Positions 39,643 to 53,523 of a DNA stretch of 64,000 bases are shown here, piece after piece. Source of the stretch: Macrostomum lignano (Eukaryota); NCBI GenBank assembly GCA_002269645.1, contig NIVC01000217.1, positions 186,001 through 250,000 of the forward strand, in the 5' to 3' direction. Made by a program: the position numbers and the translations under genes. How positions within the stretch are numbered: position 1 is the first letter of the stretch; each line of letters opens with the position of its first letter. Under the pieces are notes generated by a model, which saw only the letters and a program-made list of their open reading frames with translations, did not search any database and was not told the origin of the DNA.

Positions 39643-41526
39643 AAGAATAGATCTGATAGTAGGACATTGAGTCGGTTTAAAATATCTTTTTAAATCATTC
39701 CTTTTTTGCGGACACCAGTTATAACCATGCTCTTATTCTGACATTTTCTTCAATATATTTATCTCCTGCGTTTAAAAAAGTCCTAATAATTGAATAAAGT
39801 GGCATGCCAACGTAGACTTAAAACAGTTAGAGCTCAGGTAACTTCATGTTAGACATGTTAGACTAGGTTTGGAACGTCATTGCTTAGACTGAGAGCGGCA
39901 ACAGACAAAACGAAAAAATTCTGAGCCGTCCTAACATTCTCTCGATTTGTGTGGAATTGTGGCAGATATTGTGTGATCCAGAGAGATTGTGTGTGACCCT
40001 GATCCTATCCTGAGAGTAATCCCCTAAGAGTCCAAGGTAAGTGACCTGGATGATGAGATGTTTCATACTACGAGTAAATTCATGAGCCTCTTCACGGCAT
40101 CGATTCTCGAACCAGAATCGGTTCGGATTTCCAAGAAAAAAAGCAGTATAACTATTTAACTTTGTTGAATGTTTGACTGCCTTAACAGCCTCACTTTGCA
40201 CGATTTCTCACTTTCTTCTTGGCTATTGCCATTCAATAATCACAATTTTAAAGCACTGATATCCCTCTAGTTTAGGAGACAAAAAGTTATACTTTACAAA
40301 TTGCTTCTGGTTCTAGAACCAGAACAAGCAATATGAAGAGCCTCCATATCAACTGCTCCGACAAGTTATCGGGACGAAAATATTTTTTCTAAAATTTTTT
40401 ACTTAATTTGACAATTTTTTTATTAAAGGAAATTTTATCACTTTGAACTGTAACGCGAATCAACGTGCGAGTTTATATATATATATTTATTTTCTATGTA
40501 ACTGTTCAAGCCGTTACATGTGCCTATTAAACACAAAATATTGCGTTATATTAAGTTTTGTCACATTGACCTGCTAGCTTCTAAGAAAAACTGTCTTCTA
40601 ACAAATCTCGGAATCATATTTACTGAATAATTAGCTACTACGTTGAACTTTTTAAATTCATCAAAGTGTCTTATCAATCTATCGTGTTGTTGCGGTGTAG
40701 ATACATTTAGTTTACTAGATATATAGTAGTGTACTAAGTAGTTTTACTGTGAATTTTTTGATAACTTTATTAGATTTTTTAGAATTTTTTATTTGTAGAA
40801 GTTTCAGAATTTTTAGATTTTGGATTTTAAGTTTTTTCTGCCTTAAAAGAAATCTTTATTTCTTTCGAATTGAATAAACAATTTCACAAGTTATATTGTT
40901 ATAGCGTACTCATTAGTTGTTAATTACTCATAATATTATAGTAGTTTGAATATCCTATTTTTAATCAATTACAAAATTATCATAGTTTTATCACGATTTG
41001 TTTAATTTTTTTGTTATTTTTTATGCTTTGTTATTATTTTTTGTTATCGCTACTTTGTTTAAACTAATACAGTCCAATAATAGTAGGCAACATTGATGTC
41101 TTATATAAAGCGCACACCTGAAAATAATTATAGACGCAACTTTTTCCACCTTGCTGAACTCGTCTTTTAACTCCTGCGAACTTTTTCGTGCACGTCTCTA
41201 AAGAGCGAAGTCTACTTTTTTGTTAATATCCAAGAAGCGTGGAGCAGAGTAGAGGCGTGAAAGCCCAATAAGAAGTTCAGTGCGTGAAGCGGGAGAAATA
41301 GACGTGAATTCTTGGCGATGAAGAGTTGTGAAGACTCGGGATAGTAAATATCAGGCCGTGAAGGGTAACAGGTAAGATTAGGACATAGGAAAATTTGTAG
41401 ACAAAGCCCATGTACTTTAGGAAATATTAAAAATATTACAAAAGAAGCCGTGAACGTTAGGTAGTATATGGCCCACCACAGGACACCACTGCAGAATTTA
41501 ATTCAGTAATCACGCTAGCGGATGGG

Positions 41527-42137
41527 GAACCGGAAGCTGAATAGGGATAGGTGAACCGGAAGCTGAATAGGGATAGGTGAACCGGAAGCTGAATAGGGAT
41601 AGGTGAACCGGAAGCTGAATAGGGATAGGTGAACCGGAAGCTGAATAGGGATAGGTGAACCGGAAGCTGAATAGGGATAGGTGAACCGGAAGCTGAATAG
41701 GGATAGGTGAACCGGAAGCTGAATAAGGATAGGTGAACCGGAAGCTGGATAGGGATAGGTGAACCGGAAGCTGAATAGGGATAGGTGAACCGGAAGCTGA
41801 ATAGGGATAGGTGAACCGGAAGCTGAATAAGGATAGGTGAACCGGAAGCTGGATAGGGATAGGTGAACCGGAAGCTGAATAGGGATAGGTGAACCGGAAG
41901 CTGAATAGGGATAGGTGAACCGGAAGCTGAATAGGGATAGGTGAACCGGAAGCTGAATAGGGATAGGTGAACCGGAAGCTGAATAGGGATAGGTGAACCG
42001 GAAGCTGGATAGGGATAGGTGAACCGGAAGCTGGATAGAGATAGGTGAACCGGAAGCTGAATAGGGATAGGTGAACCGGAAGCTGGATAGGGATAGGTGA
42101 ACCGGAAGCTGGATAGAGATAGGTGAACCGGAAGCTG
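41527..42137. repeat. 26-bp minisatellite (GAACCGGAAGCTGAATAGGGATAGGT) x ~23
   Basis: Highly homogeneous array ending 100 bp from the first tRNA gene. Confidence 0.96.
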
Positions 42138-42237
42138 GGACAAATGAATGGCATGAAAATCAAATGGAACTGGAACTTGAACTCGCAGTAATCATTGGGA
42201 TGTCATAAAATAAAAAAACTGTCTTAAATTTTTTAAC

Positions 42238-42310
42238 CACCCCAGGAGGGACTCGAACCCTCAACCTCCGGATTAGAAGTCCGACGCGCTATCCATTGCG
42301 CCACTGGGGC
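42238..42310 (-). tRNA. tRNA-Arg(TCT), intronless
   Basis: Reverse complement is GCCCCAGTGGCGCAATGGATAGCGCGTCGGACTTCTAATCCGGAGGTTGAGGGTTCGAGTCCCTCCTGGGGTG, 73 nt. It forms a full cloverleaf with anticodon loop CT-TCT-AA and has A and B boxes. Confidence 0.96.
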
Positions 42311-43401
42311 TCTGCAGATCTAACGGTTTCTTTTCAAACATATTGTTTTCAACTCTTTCTACACGGTGAAAAAAGAGTTTGTAGGGATTTCTCCCCCCCC
42401 CAGGGAGTAAACTGAGCTAAAATCTGGAATCGATTTTCCAAATTTTTCTACGCTCAAAGGCGTCTTGAGCCTCACTCTTGGCTGAACTTGTGCAGTGGGG
42501 TGGCTTATTACTAAACCTATTTATGGCCATGATTCTGAAGCAGATCAGGATGCTAAACTCTGGAACCCGTGGGTTTTCGCTACAAAAATGCTTGCTTTGT
42601 TAAATTTCAAATGAAGCAATTAGTATGCGTTTTTGTACGCGGTGCACTCAGAGGTTTATCAAGCCATTTATTCATAAAATGTTACTGTGGAGACCTTCAA
42701 ACACGCAAAGTTTCAGCAAAAATTCAGTCCTTTTTTGCCTCTTTTCTCAATCGATTAAATCCTGGCCAAACCCCATTAATATCAATAGAAGCATACTTGC
42801 AGGAAAGCGGTTTATCAGCTAGTTAGATCTATCATGTCTCCTGCTGGATTCATCTGCAAAAGTCTAATTGCCGTTTACGGTCGTAGAAACCATTATTACA
42901 ATTGATTGCTCAATGGGAGTCGACTAGGCATTGAATTCCAAGCTTCCATCGGGACCGCGCAACCAACGCTCGGAGGCCGGAGATCGGGCCATAATTAAAT
43001 GCGGCCTGGGCAGTTTTTCGGAGCAATTTTCTTTTAAAACAAATTTTCTAACCCTGTGTCTGTCGTTCTCTTTCGAAAAAAATAATTGTTGGCTACCAAC
43101 TGCTCACTGGTGATAGCTGCAGCCGAGCCACTTCCGACAGAAACACACGAAAATGAAATGATACACGTAGCTGCACTACTGTTGCGGCCCCAGCAATGGG
43201 AAGCTCTATGGGAACCCAGCGATAGTCCCTCGTGGGAGAGACGATCGGCTCTCGTGAGCAAATGGCGGCTGAGATACGGGATGCAAGTTTTTGTTATAAA
43301 TTGATAAATGGAGCTTTTAAACGGGACAGAGCGTGACCACTGGGCACGAGCCGAAAATTCTAGCAGATTATTTTCGAAGTCCTTCTCATCAGACAGAAAC
43401 A

Positions 43402-43994
43402 ATGGCCGATCAGCAGGAACTCATGGACATCTTCGACCAGATGGACCGAGATGGAGACCGGATTCTGACTAAAGCGGAGATATCCAGCTTTTTACTGAGT
43501 CGCAACTTCAACAAGAAGTTTATTGAGGTTTGTAAAAATTTTATATTTTACTCAAAATTTTGTCAACAATTAAATATGTTAAACATTAACTTACACAGGA
43601 GTTCTTAGCAACTTTTGACAGTGACAGCGATGGACGAGTTACGGAGGCCGAGTACCGGCAGAAGCTGGGCCTGATGCCAAGTGGCGAGAAGAAGTGAGTT
43701 CTTTTCGGCTGAATGTCTCATTGGTTTCAATGTTCTTTATACTCTTCACACTCAATTTGAACTGTAATGTCCTCCTCCAGCTACTCAAAGTGGTATCAGA
43801 TCTTCCAAAAGTTCGACAAGGACGGCTCCGGCTTTATAGACGAGCACGAGCTGCCGCAGCTCATGGTGGAGATCGGCAGCAAGACCACGTACAGTCCGGA
43901 GCAGTTCCGCAGGTGGATCGCCGAGCACGACGCCAACAAGGACGGCAAGATCAGCTACCCGGAGTTCCTCAACTGGGTGCGCGGAGCTAAGTGA
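43402..43994 (+). CDS. 4-EF-hand calcium-binding protein A (calmodulin-like; resembles the flatworm 16-kDa/SmE16-type family). Exons 43402-43527, 43599-43693, 43781-43994; 144 aa
   Basis: EF loops DRDGDRILTKAE, DSDSDGRVTEAE, DKDGSGFIDEHE, DANKDGKISYPE. GT-AG introns in phases 0 and 2. The family assignment is from memory. Confidence 0.92.
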
Positions 43995-44383
43995 TGATGC
44001 AGCGTACTGGAGCCAAGTATTTTTTTAGTTTTCGATACGGCTACTCTTGAAACTGCACCCCCCATTCGCATCTCTGTTTGCTTCTTTCTTACTCGGAATT
44101 AAACTGCAAAATCCACAGTTTTAATTCTGTTTTATTTTAGCTTTTCTCCAGCATGCGCTACTCCATAACTCTGTTATACTGGATCAGGACTATTTGATAG
44201 ACAATTAGGTTCCATATTATTTGCGCCATGTTTATAAATTTGTTATAATAAATAAAATTTATTAGCTGAGTGCGAGTTGCGCCCCCGCATAGACATCTTT
44301 GCGGTTGAATTCGAAAAAAACGTTATTTTTGTTTTACAAGATAGATGCCTAAAAAGTTAGCTTGAATCAAAAAGTTTTCAGAA

Positions 44384-44456
44384 CACCCCAGGAGGGACTC
44401 GAACCCTCAACCTCCGGATTAGAAGTCCGACGCGCTATCCATTGCGCCACTGGGGC
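44384..44456 (-). tRNA. tRNA-Arg(TCT), identical second copy
   Basis: Same 73 nt as 42238-42310. A TTTTT Pol III terminator follows about 10 nt downstream on the minus strand. Confidence 0.96.
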
Positions 44457-45018
44457 TCCCGACAGTTACAATAAGCGAAATCCCTTTTCAAAAGACTGCC
44501 TGCTCCCACATTGTAGGCAACCCATTGTGTGGGAGTTTAAGACTGTGATCGAGAACGGAGTTTAGAAAGACGACAGGGGGGGGGCTGAAAAACTGTAAAG
44601 TTTTCAGAATGCTCAGCTGTGCTCGGAAAACACATGTGCAAAAGTCTCACACAGGGTGTGCTGCTACTCAGCTGAATGAGTCAGTGAATGAATTCAGTCG
44701 TTTACCCAAGAAGGCTCTCACGAGAATTATAGCGCTTACTTGTTTGATTAATGCAGTACGACTTGATTCAAGTCAATAAAGTTGAATTTAAACCGTTTTA
44801 ATTCATGTTTTATTTCAATATTATTAAAAGAACAAAATGATTAACAAAATCATCAATGCAGAGCTTTTGGGTGTTAAAATTTGATTGCAACAGCAAGACG
44901 TTAAGCAGAGTGTTTGCAATAAAAGAGTCAATGCATCCGGATACATTTTAAGAGCGATACAATTGGTTTGTCTGTGAGATCAGTAAAAACGATCAGTGTC
45001 TAGAATCGCTGCTGACTC

Positions 45019-45612
45019 TCAACTTCTGGGTCCTCTCACCCAGTTGAGAAACTCGGAGTAGCTGACTCTCCCGTCGGCATCCGAGTCGTGCTCGCGAATC
45101 CAGTTCTCAAAGTTGGACCGATTGTACTTGGTTGTGCTGCCGATCTCCTCCAGCACTTTCGGCAGCTCGTCAGCTTCGATGAAGCCTGAGCCGTCCTTGT
45201 CGAATGAATCGAACACGGTTTTCCAAGCCGAGTACCTGAAATTTAGTTAAGATCGGTGCAATTATTTTGATTCCATAATTAGAATGGGCATCTCACAAAA
45301 CGCCCAGAAGTTCTTACTCAACCTCCTGCGGCGGGATGAGGCCCAGCTTCTCCAGACACTCGTTCAGTGTCACCTTGCCATCGTTGTTGGAGTCGAAGTT
45401 AGCCAGAAAGGTCTAAAATATGATCGTTTTTAATTTTTAACTTCACTTTTAAAGCCTGTTTAATTTGTCTAAGCTTTCTTTACCTGGACAAAATCGGCAT
45501 TGAAGCCCTTCTTTTTCACCAGGTAGTCGGTGAGCTCCTGCTCAGACAGAACTCCATCTCCATTGGCATCCATTGCTCGGAAAATTGACTCCATCTCTTC
45601 TATGGTTGACAT
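45019..45612 (-). CDS. 4-EF-hand calcium-binding protein B. Exons 45612-45484, 45412-45318, 45235-45019; 146 aa
   Basis: Starts MSTIEEMESIFRAMDANGDGVLSEQE; other loops DSNNDGKVTLNE, DKDGSGFIEADE, DSDADGRVSYSE. Same intron phases and same 95-nt middle exon as gene A. Confidence 0.92.
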
Positions 45613-46052
45613 GATGCCGGTTCCGCTTTGCAAAGTTCGGAAGTGTAAAACAGTGTAGTGTAGTAGTTTGGCTCAGCTACAGGAGGAATTAACTATTTGA
45701 TGAGGCCAAGTTCGTGACACGCTGGAGTTGTAAATCCGACTATAAAACCAGCAAGCTGCTGCGCGCACAGAAGCTTTGTGGTAGGGCAATTTATTTAATT
45801 CTCTCTTGCTGCTGAACGAGCTGCCATCTCATTGTGGCCCCATAGATGAGTTTGAATTGCGCAGTGTCTGATCTGCTGGTCCTGCTCCTACGAGCTCTGC
45901 TCTCCGTCTCTCTCTTTCTCTCCCTCCCTCATCTCTCAAAGCAGAGTGCCTAGTATTGAAAAGTAAACACTGTGGGAGCGCCGAGGGTGTGCAGAAATTT
46001 TAATCGCGGCTCTAAACGGCATTGCCGCGTGCGCGCGCCTCCGTGCCCAGTG

Positions 46053-46130
<78 letters not shown>
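46053..46130. repeat. (CT)n/GAGA microsatellite in the divergent B-C intergenic region
   Basis: CT dinucleotide run. Confidence 0.95.
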
Positions 46131-46133
<3 letters not shown>

Positions 46134-47140
46134 GGGCTCTCAAGCTTTCAAGCAGCAGCGAGTATTTAGTTTGCTATGGCTAGCTGTAGCATTTTGCTCT
46201 CCTAAAAAACTGCTATTAGCATTACTCCTTCTGTGTTTTTAATTCTGCTGATTAGAAGCATTCGACATTTCTATGCAAATTTATGGTAGACAATAAAAAA
46301 CTTTACGGTAGACGGCTGTAAATCCCTGCTGAAAGTGGGGAGAAAGGGATTTCATATAACAATGAAAGCATCGTCAGGTCTGAATATTGATTCGGTCAAG
46401 AGATTAATTATTGCGTGGACGAAGCCCGAGCTGGGAATACAGAGAAATAGTATAAGAACAACTTGTATACTCTATTATAAAAATTTTAAAATAGACGGAT
46501 AACGGCGATATACCTCGGCCGAACGTTGGTGCAAGTTATGAGTACCCATTTGCGTCGAGAGGCGTCGGTTTTCTTAACGGTGATTCCCTGGAAGCCTAAT
46601 GCGCCGACCTGGATGGAGAAAGTTATCGATTTCAGTCTCTTTATGTGGGAGCCCTTTCATTTACGAGTTTAAAAAAGTTTTTTTTCGTCACGCATGGATA
46701 ACGGCTAAGAAATATACTCCCATAAACACCTTGTGGCTGTTTTGCTCAAGTCTCTGCCCCTAAGCACCAATTTTACCATAGATAAGACTGTCACTCGGGC
46801 TTAAAGCCTACAGAAAGCATTACGTCAAGTACGCTCGTACCAGTATACCTCAGTTGCAACAAAAGCAATAATTTGGATAGAAAACTGTTATACTGTTTTA
46901 GCTTTTGCATTTCTATATTACGAGCTATTCTCAATTCTCATTCTTTAAGCCGCCAACCGTTATTATTCAGTCTCTATGCCTGAAATTTTCTCATCGATCA
47001 ACAGCATAATTCAACACCAAAAACGCCAGAGAAGTAACCGTGCGAACCTTCGCACGCCTGCTTGGGGCCGCCCTTTAGCCTTCAATATAAGCGCGCCTTC
47101 CCTGGTGACACATCGAGTCGAAGCTCTCACCATCGGCAAG

Positions 47141-47151
47141 ATATAAATAGA
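47141..47151 (+). promoter_or_regulatory. Candidate TATA box for EF-hand gene C
   Basis: GATATAAATAG lies about 185 bp upstream of ATG 47327. Motif match only. Confidence 0.35.
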
Positions 47152-47326
47152 AGCAAAGTGGCACAACCCGGCAGCCAAAGTGGGCAACCAACACAACAGC
47201 TACCGACTTCCTCGGGCCGATTCAGGTGACATTAACCAGCGGGATCAGCCCATCGAGCCAAAGACTATTCGCACCGTCAGCCAGGAGCCCGAATCCAGCG
47301 TCGAACCAACTGAACCTCCGAGTGAC

Positions 47327-48707
47327 ATGGCCAACGAAGAAGAATTGATGAAGTTCTTTGACGAGTGCGACGTGGACGGATCTGGCGAGATCACCTTGGC
47401 TGAGCTTAAGGAAGTTTTTGCCAATAAGAAGGTGGATGAAAACGCGCTTTCGGTAAGGACCTTGAAAAAGATTTCCTGTGTGTGATCGTATTTAATGTAA
47501 ACAAGGTACTCGCAAAAACTGATTAATTTTTTTTGTGTTTTTCAGAGCTACATTGATTCTTTCGATCGCGACCAAGACGGCAAGATAAGTCGCGATGAGT
47601 ACCGAAAGTCTCTAGGCCTGTTTCCGGAGAGCGAGAGAAAGTAGGTTTCTTGAATTGATGTTTGTTTTACTGCATCAATGTGTGCCTTTGCACGCGCTTA
47701 TTAATAAGTCATACGAGGTCAGCAAAATCAAAGTAATGTAAATAAAAATTCTTTTTTCTACCGTATGAATGTACCCGCTCCTTGCGGGTGCAGCAATATT
47801 GTCCAGCTCATTTATTTCCCTCGGTATGAAAACAGTAAATTGAGGTTCCTGTATTTCCTTTTCGTGTTTATTCGGGTCCACAAGTGCCTTACGCATGGTT
47901 GACAAGCAGAAATATAAGGTGTATATAAGGTGTATGGTGTGTTACGGTGTATATAAGGAACATACTCGTCGAAATAATTTAACAGAAATGCCGTCGGCGC
48001 ACGAAAGCACTCTGGGGGGGGGCAGGGGGTAATAAAAATCTGGAAATGAGTTTGTCACTTGCTATCTAAACAATTTTATGGCCGAAATATTCAAGTAGTT
48101 GGCAGGTCAAAGCAAGGAGACAGAAGGCGCCTATTCCAGCAACCCGCGAAGAGTAGCTTTGGATCAATGGCGGAAGGCCCTTTTCAAAAAGAAAGAAAGT
48201 GGCTCATCTAGTTTCGTGGACAAACCTAACAAGCCGTCCGATGTTCAAGGATGTCCGATGTTTAAGCTGCAGAAGAGGCAGAATTCTCTTTGAAGGTATC
48301 CCCAGAGGAACACCCGGAGGAACACTGCGGCGCATTGCATCCGTCGTTGTCAATGAGGATCGTGGTGATGGCTCCGATGTCTTTACTGTCGTGATTTAGC
48401 GAGTTGTGCTTGTTAAACAATGTTTGGCAGTCTCGTAAGTCTCGTAAGCACCTTATAAAATTAAAGCCGATTTACTCCAACAAAACCCGACAGAGCGATG
48501 GCCTGGCGCGGAGTATTCGAGTCCTTCGATGCAAACGGCTCCGGCAAAATCAGCCGCGACGAGCTCGACGCCGTCCTGCGCGAGATGCACGGCGGCGACC
48601 ACGGCTATGACGCGGAGGCGCTGCAGCGATTCCTACAGCAGAACGATAAGGATGGCGACGCGGAGCTGGATTATGAGGAGTTTCTCCAGTGGATTCGGCA
48701 CAACTGA
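47327..48707 (+). CDS. 4-EF-hand calcium-binding protein C. Exons 47327-47452, 47546-47640, 48494-48707; 144 aa
   Basis: EF loops DVDGSGEITLAE, DRDQDGKISRDE, DANGSGKISRDE, DKDGDAELDYEE. Exon sizes 126/95/214 nt are identical to gene A. Confidence 0.92.
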
Positions 48708-48972
48708 GGCGACGCATTATGCTATACGCCTAACATAAAACTTTCCTCCCTTATACACAGGATTGCCATATAACCATATAACCATTCCGCTTTATTAGTT
48801 TTATTGATTTTGGCTTTTATCTATTTAGCAGCCGACATTATATTACGTTATGCTGCTCGTGCCTAATTCCATCAAAATTAACTAAATAAACAGGCTAAAT
48901 GTTCCCATTTAAAACTTTTCATTTACCTTCAATAGAAAAAACCTAGTGACGCTATTTTAACATCGCAACTCC

Positions 48973-51012
<2,040 letters not shown>

Positions 51013-51478
51013 TTCTTATCTGTCTCTTTTTTAAAATACATGCTTGTCTCATTGTGCGTAATTCATAAAAAACGCAGCCGAAACAGCGAGTCCTTAAGAG
51101 CGTACTACTAAATCAGTTAGGGACGGTGGACAGAAACCTTCCTCGTCACAAACTTAGATGATTTTTTATCGGCGTGACGTTAGAGTGCGTATGTATTATT
51201 ATTTTTTGAAACGGCTTACACATTTCCCGACCGTCAAAGCAAGTTTGCAATGAGAATTGGAGCTCGTTACCCAACTTTTATAGTTGACCGAGCCCACGCG
51301 AAACGACCGTGGATAATTAAATGCGGAACGATTTCAAAGTAATTTTGCTTGGCGAAAAAAAATAATTGGCAAGAAGCCAGAGCGGAGAGCCTACGGACGG
51401 CTGATGACCGAAATAGAAAAAAAAATTAGGAAAACAGAAACAAGCTTCCAGCTTCCAAGATGAAAGCTAATTACGAAG

Positions 51479-53379
51479 CTAACGCGGCCTGGAAGGCTGG
51501 CTAACGGATTTGCACGCCTCGGTCAGGACAACGCGTGTTGTTACTGGGCGGCACTCCAGCGAGCTTCGCTGCTCAAGGCTTGGCTCTACAAACTGCTCCC
51601 CGATGATGTAGTGCGACATGGCGTGGCACTGAACTGAGTTCAACGGAGCTCCCGAGATGCTGCGATGCTCGACAGGTCGACCGCGAGTCTGCTGACGTCG
51701 ACGACGAAGGCACTTCTGGATGGCGTCGCTCACGATGGACGCGCTGCTGCTCTTGTCCTCCTCATCGTCAGTTGTTGTGCAGCGGTCGATCTCCGAGTGG
51801 AACAGCGCCTGCTGCTGAAGCTGCTGCTGTTTTAAGCGGCGTTTTCGAATGCTGCGACCGCGGCTGCGCGACTGCTGGCTGAGCTGCAGCTGGCGGATGA
51901 GATCGTCTAGTGCGTCGGCGGTTCCGATGGCCTGCGTCAGCGGGCCGGAGCAGCCGTGGCGGTTCTGACGGGTGATTTGATTTCGGAGTTGGTTTTAAGG
52001 GCTGTCATTTCATGTTCGGCATGTACCAACAAGTAGGTCAGGTAGTTAGCGCGTCTGACTCTTGGGTCAAAGTACCCAATGAACAGAGAATGTACACTGC
52101 TTGACGATGAGCAGTCAGTGAAGCTGTGCACACTTGTGTGAGCAAGTGTCTGCGTACGTATCTGTGTGCGAGTTCTCAGAGGTCAGGTAAACAAGCATTC
52201 TTGTCTCGTAGTAGTCTGCATTACGAGCTACCAGTTGTAAATTTTAACAAACCTTGAGCAGCACCAGGGCAGCTGCAAGGGTTGACCGAAGCGACTCAAC
52301 GTTGCACAGAATGCCGCGCATCAGAGCCCGAGTCAGTGCGCGACCTTCAGACGGATCGTTGAACACCGTAGCCAGAAGGTCGCGCAGAGCGCTCGTGTCC
52401 GATTTGACATCAGCATTTGGCGAATTTGCTGTTAGCGAAGACACCAGTGACTGCTTGGCAGATCTAGTCGACGACGGTCGCAGTCGCGGTGAAGCTGACA
52501 GAGGAGCTGGCGGCTCAGCCGATGAATTGTGCGGCGACAATTGCTGCGGTGGCTGCTGCTGTTGCCACGGTGTTGTTGAATGCGTCAGTGACTTCCGCTT
52601 GCTGTAGCAGCCGAAACACTGGGGGTTGTCATCATCAAGATACGAGTCAGCGTACTGAAGACTTGCGAACAATGATTTAGGAATGAGAATGTGGGGATTA
52701 ATGAGAATCTGAAAATGAAGTAGGATGTGGGAATGAGAGTGTGGGAATGTGGACGTGGGAATGAGGGTGTGGAAATGAGGACGTGGAAATGAGGATATAG
52801 GAATTAGGGAAGAGGATGTGGGAATGAAGGAGGGTGTGGGAATGAGGATGTGGAAACGAGGATGTACATGTAGGAGGAAGTTGTAGCCTAGTGGTTAGAG
52901 CATCGGGCTCACGGCTTGAAGGTAGGGGGGTTCGATTCTCGATCCCACTGGAACAATTTGTATCCCCTAGCAAGACACTTAACTCTGCATTGCTTCAGTT
53001 CACCCAGCTGTAAAATTCCCCTACAAGTAAAATGGCCTCGAATTAAATAATATAAAACAATGGATCTATGAAGCAATTGGTGCTCACATCAAAACCTTCG
53101 TGCCCGCAGCTCAGCGCTTCCAGCATGAGAAACGGCTCATCAGACGCGGATTCAGAATCTGTTTTGTCGTTGACGTCTTTGCATCTTTCGTTTCGCCGAA
53201 TCTCCAATAACTCGTCATCGTCATCCTGAGTACAGCTGGTCTCGCTGCTGATTGGACGGAAGATGGCCTGGGCTACGGAGCTTTGAGCGGCTGGAAGTCG
53301 CGGGTAAGAGGGCATTATGACGCAAAATTTGATCAACATTGGTAATCTTCTACTACTACTACTACTACTACTACTACTA

Positions 53380-53472
<93 letters not shown>

Positions 53473-53479
53473 GCTACTG

Positions 53480-53523
<44 letters not shown>

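Noticed and set aside
39884-40201. 105-aa minus-strand ORF between the TRP and tRNA regions
   Set aside because: GTG start, no recognisable motif and no consistent exon chain; possibly a decayed element.
51405-51422. Hammerhead-ribozyme-like CTGATGA..CGAAA
   Set aside because: Only CC lies between the boxes, so there is no stem II, and no stem I/III pairing is evident.
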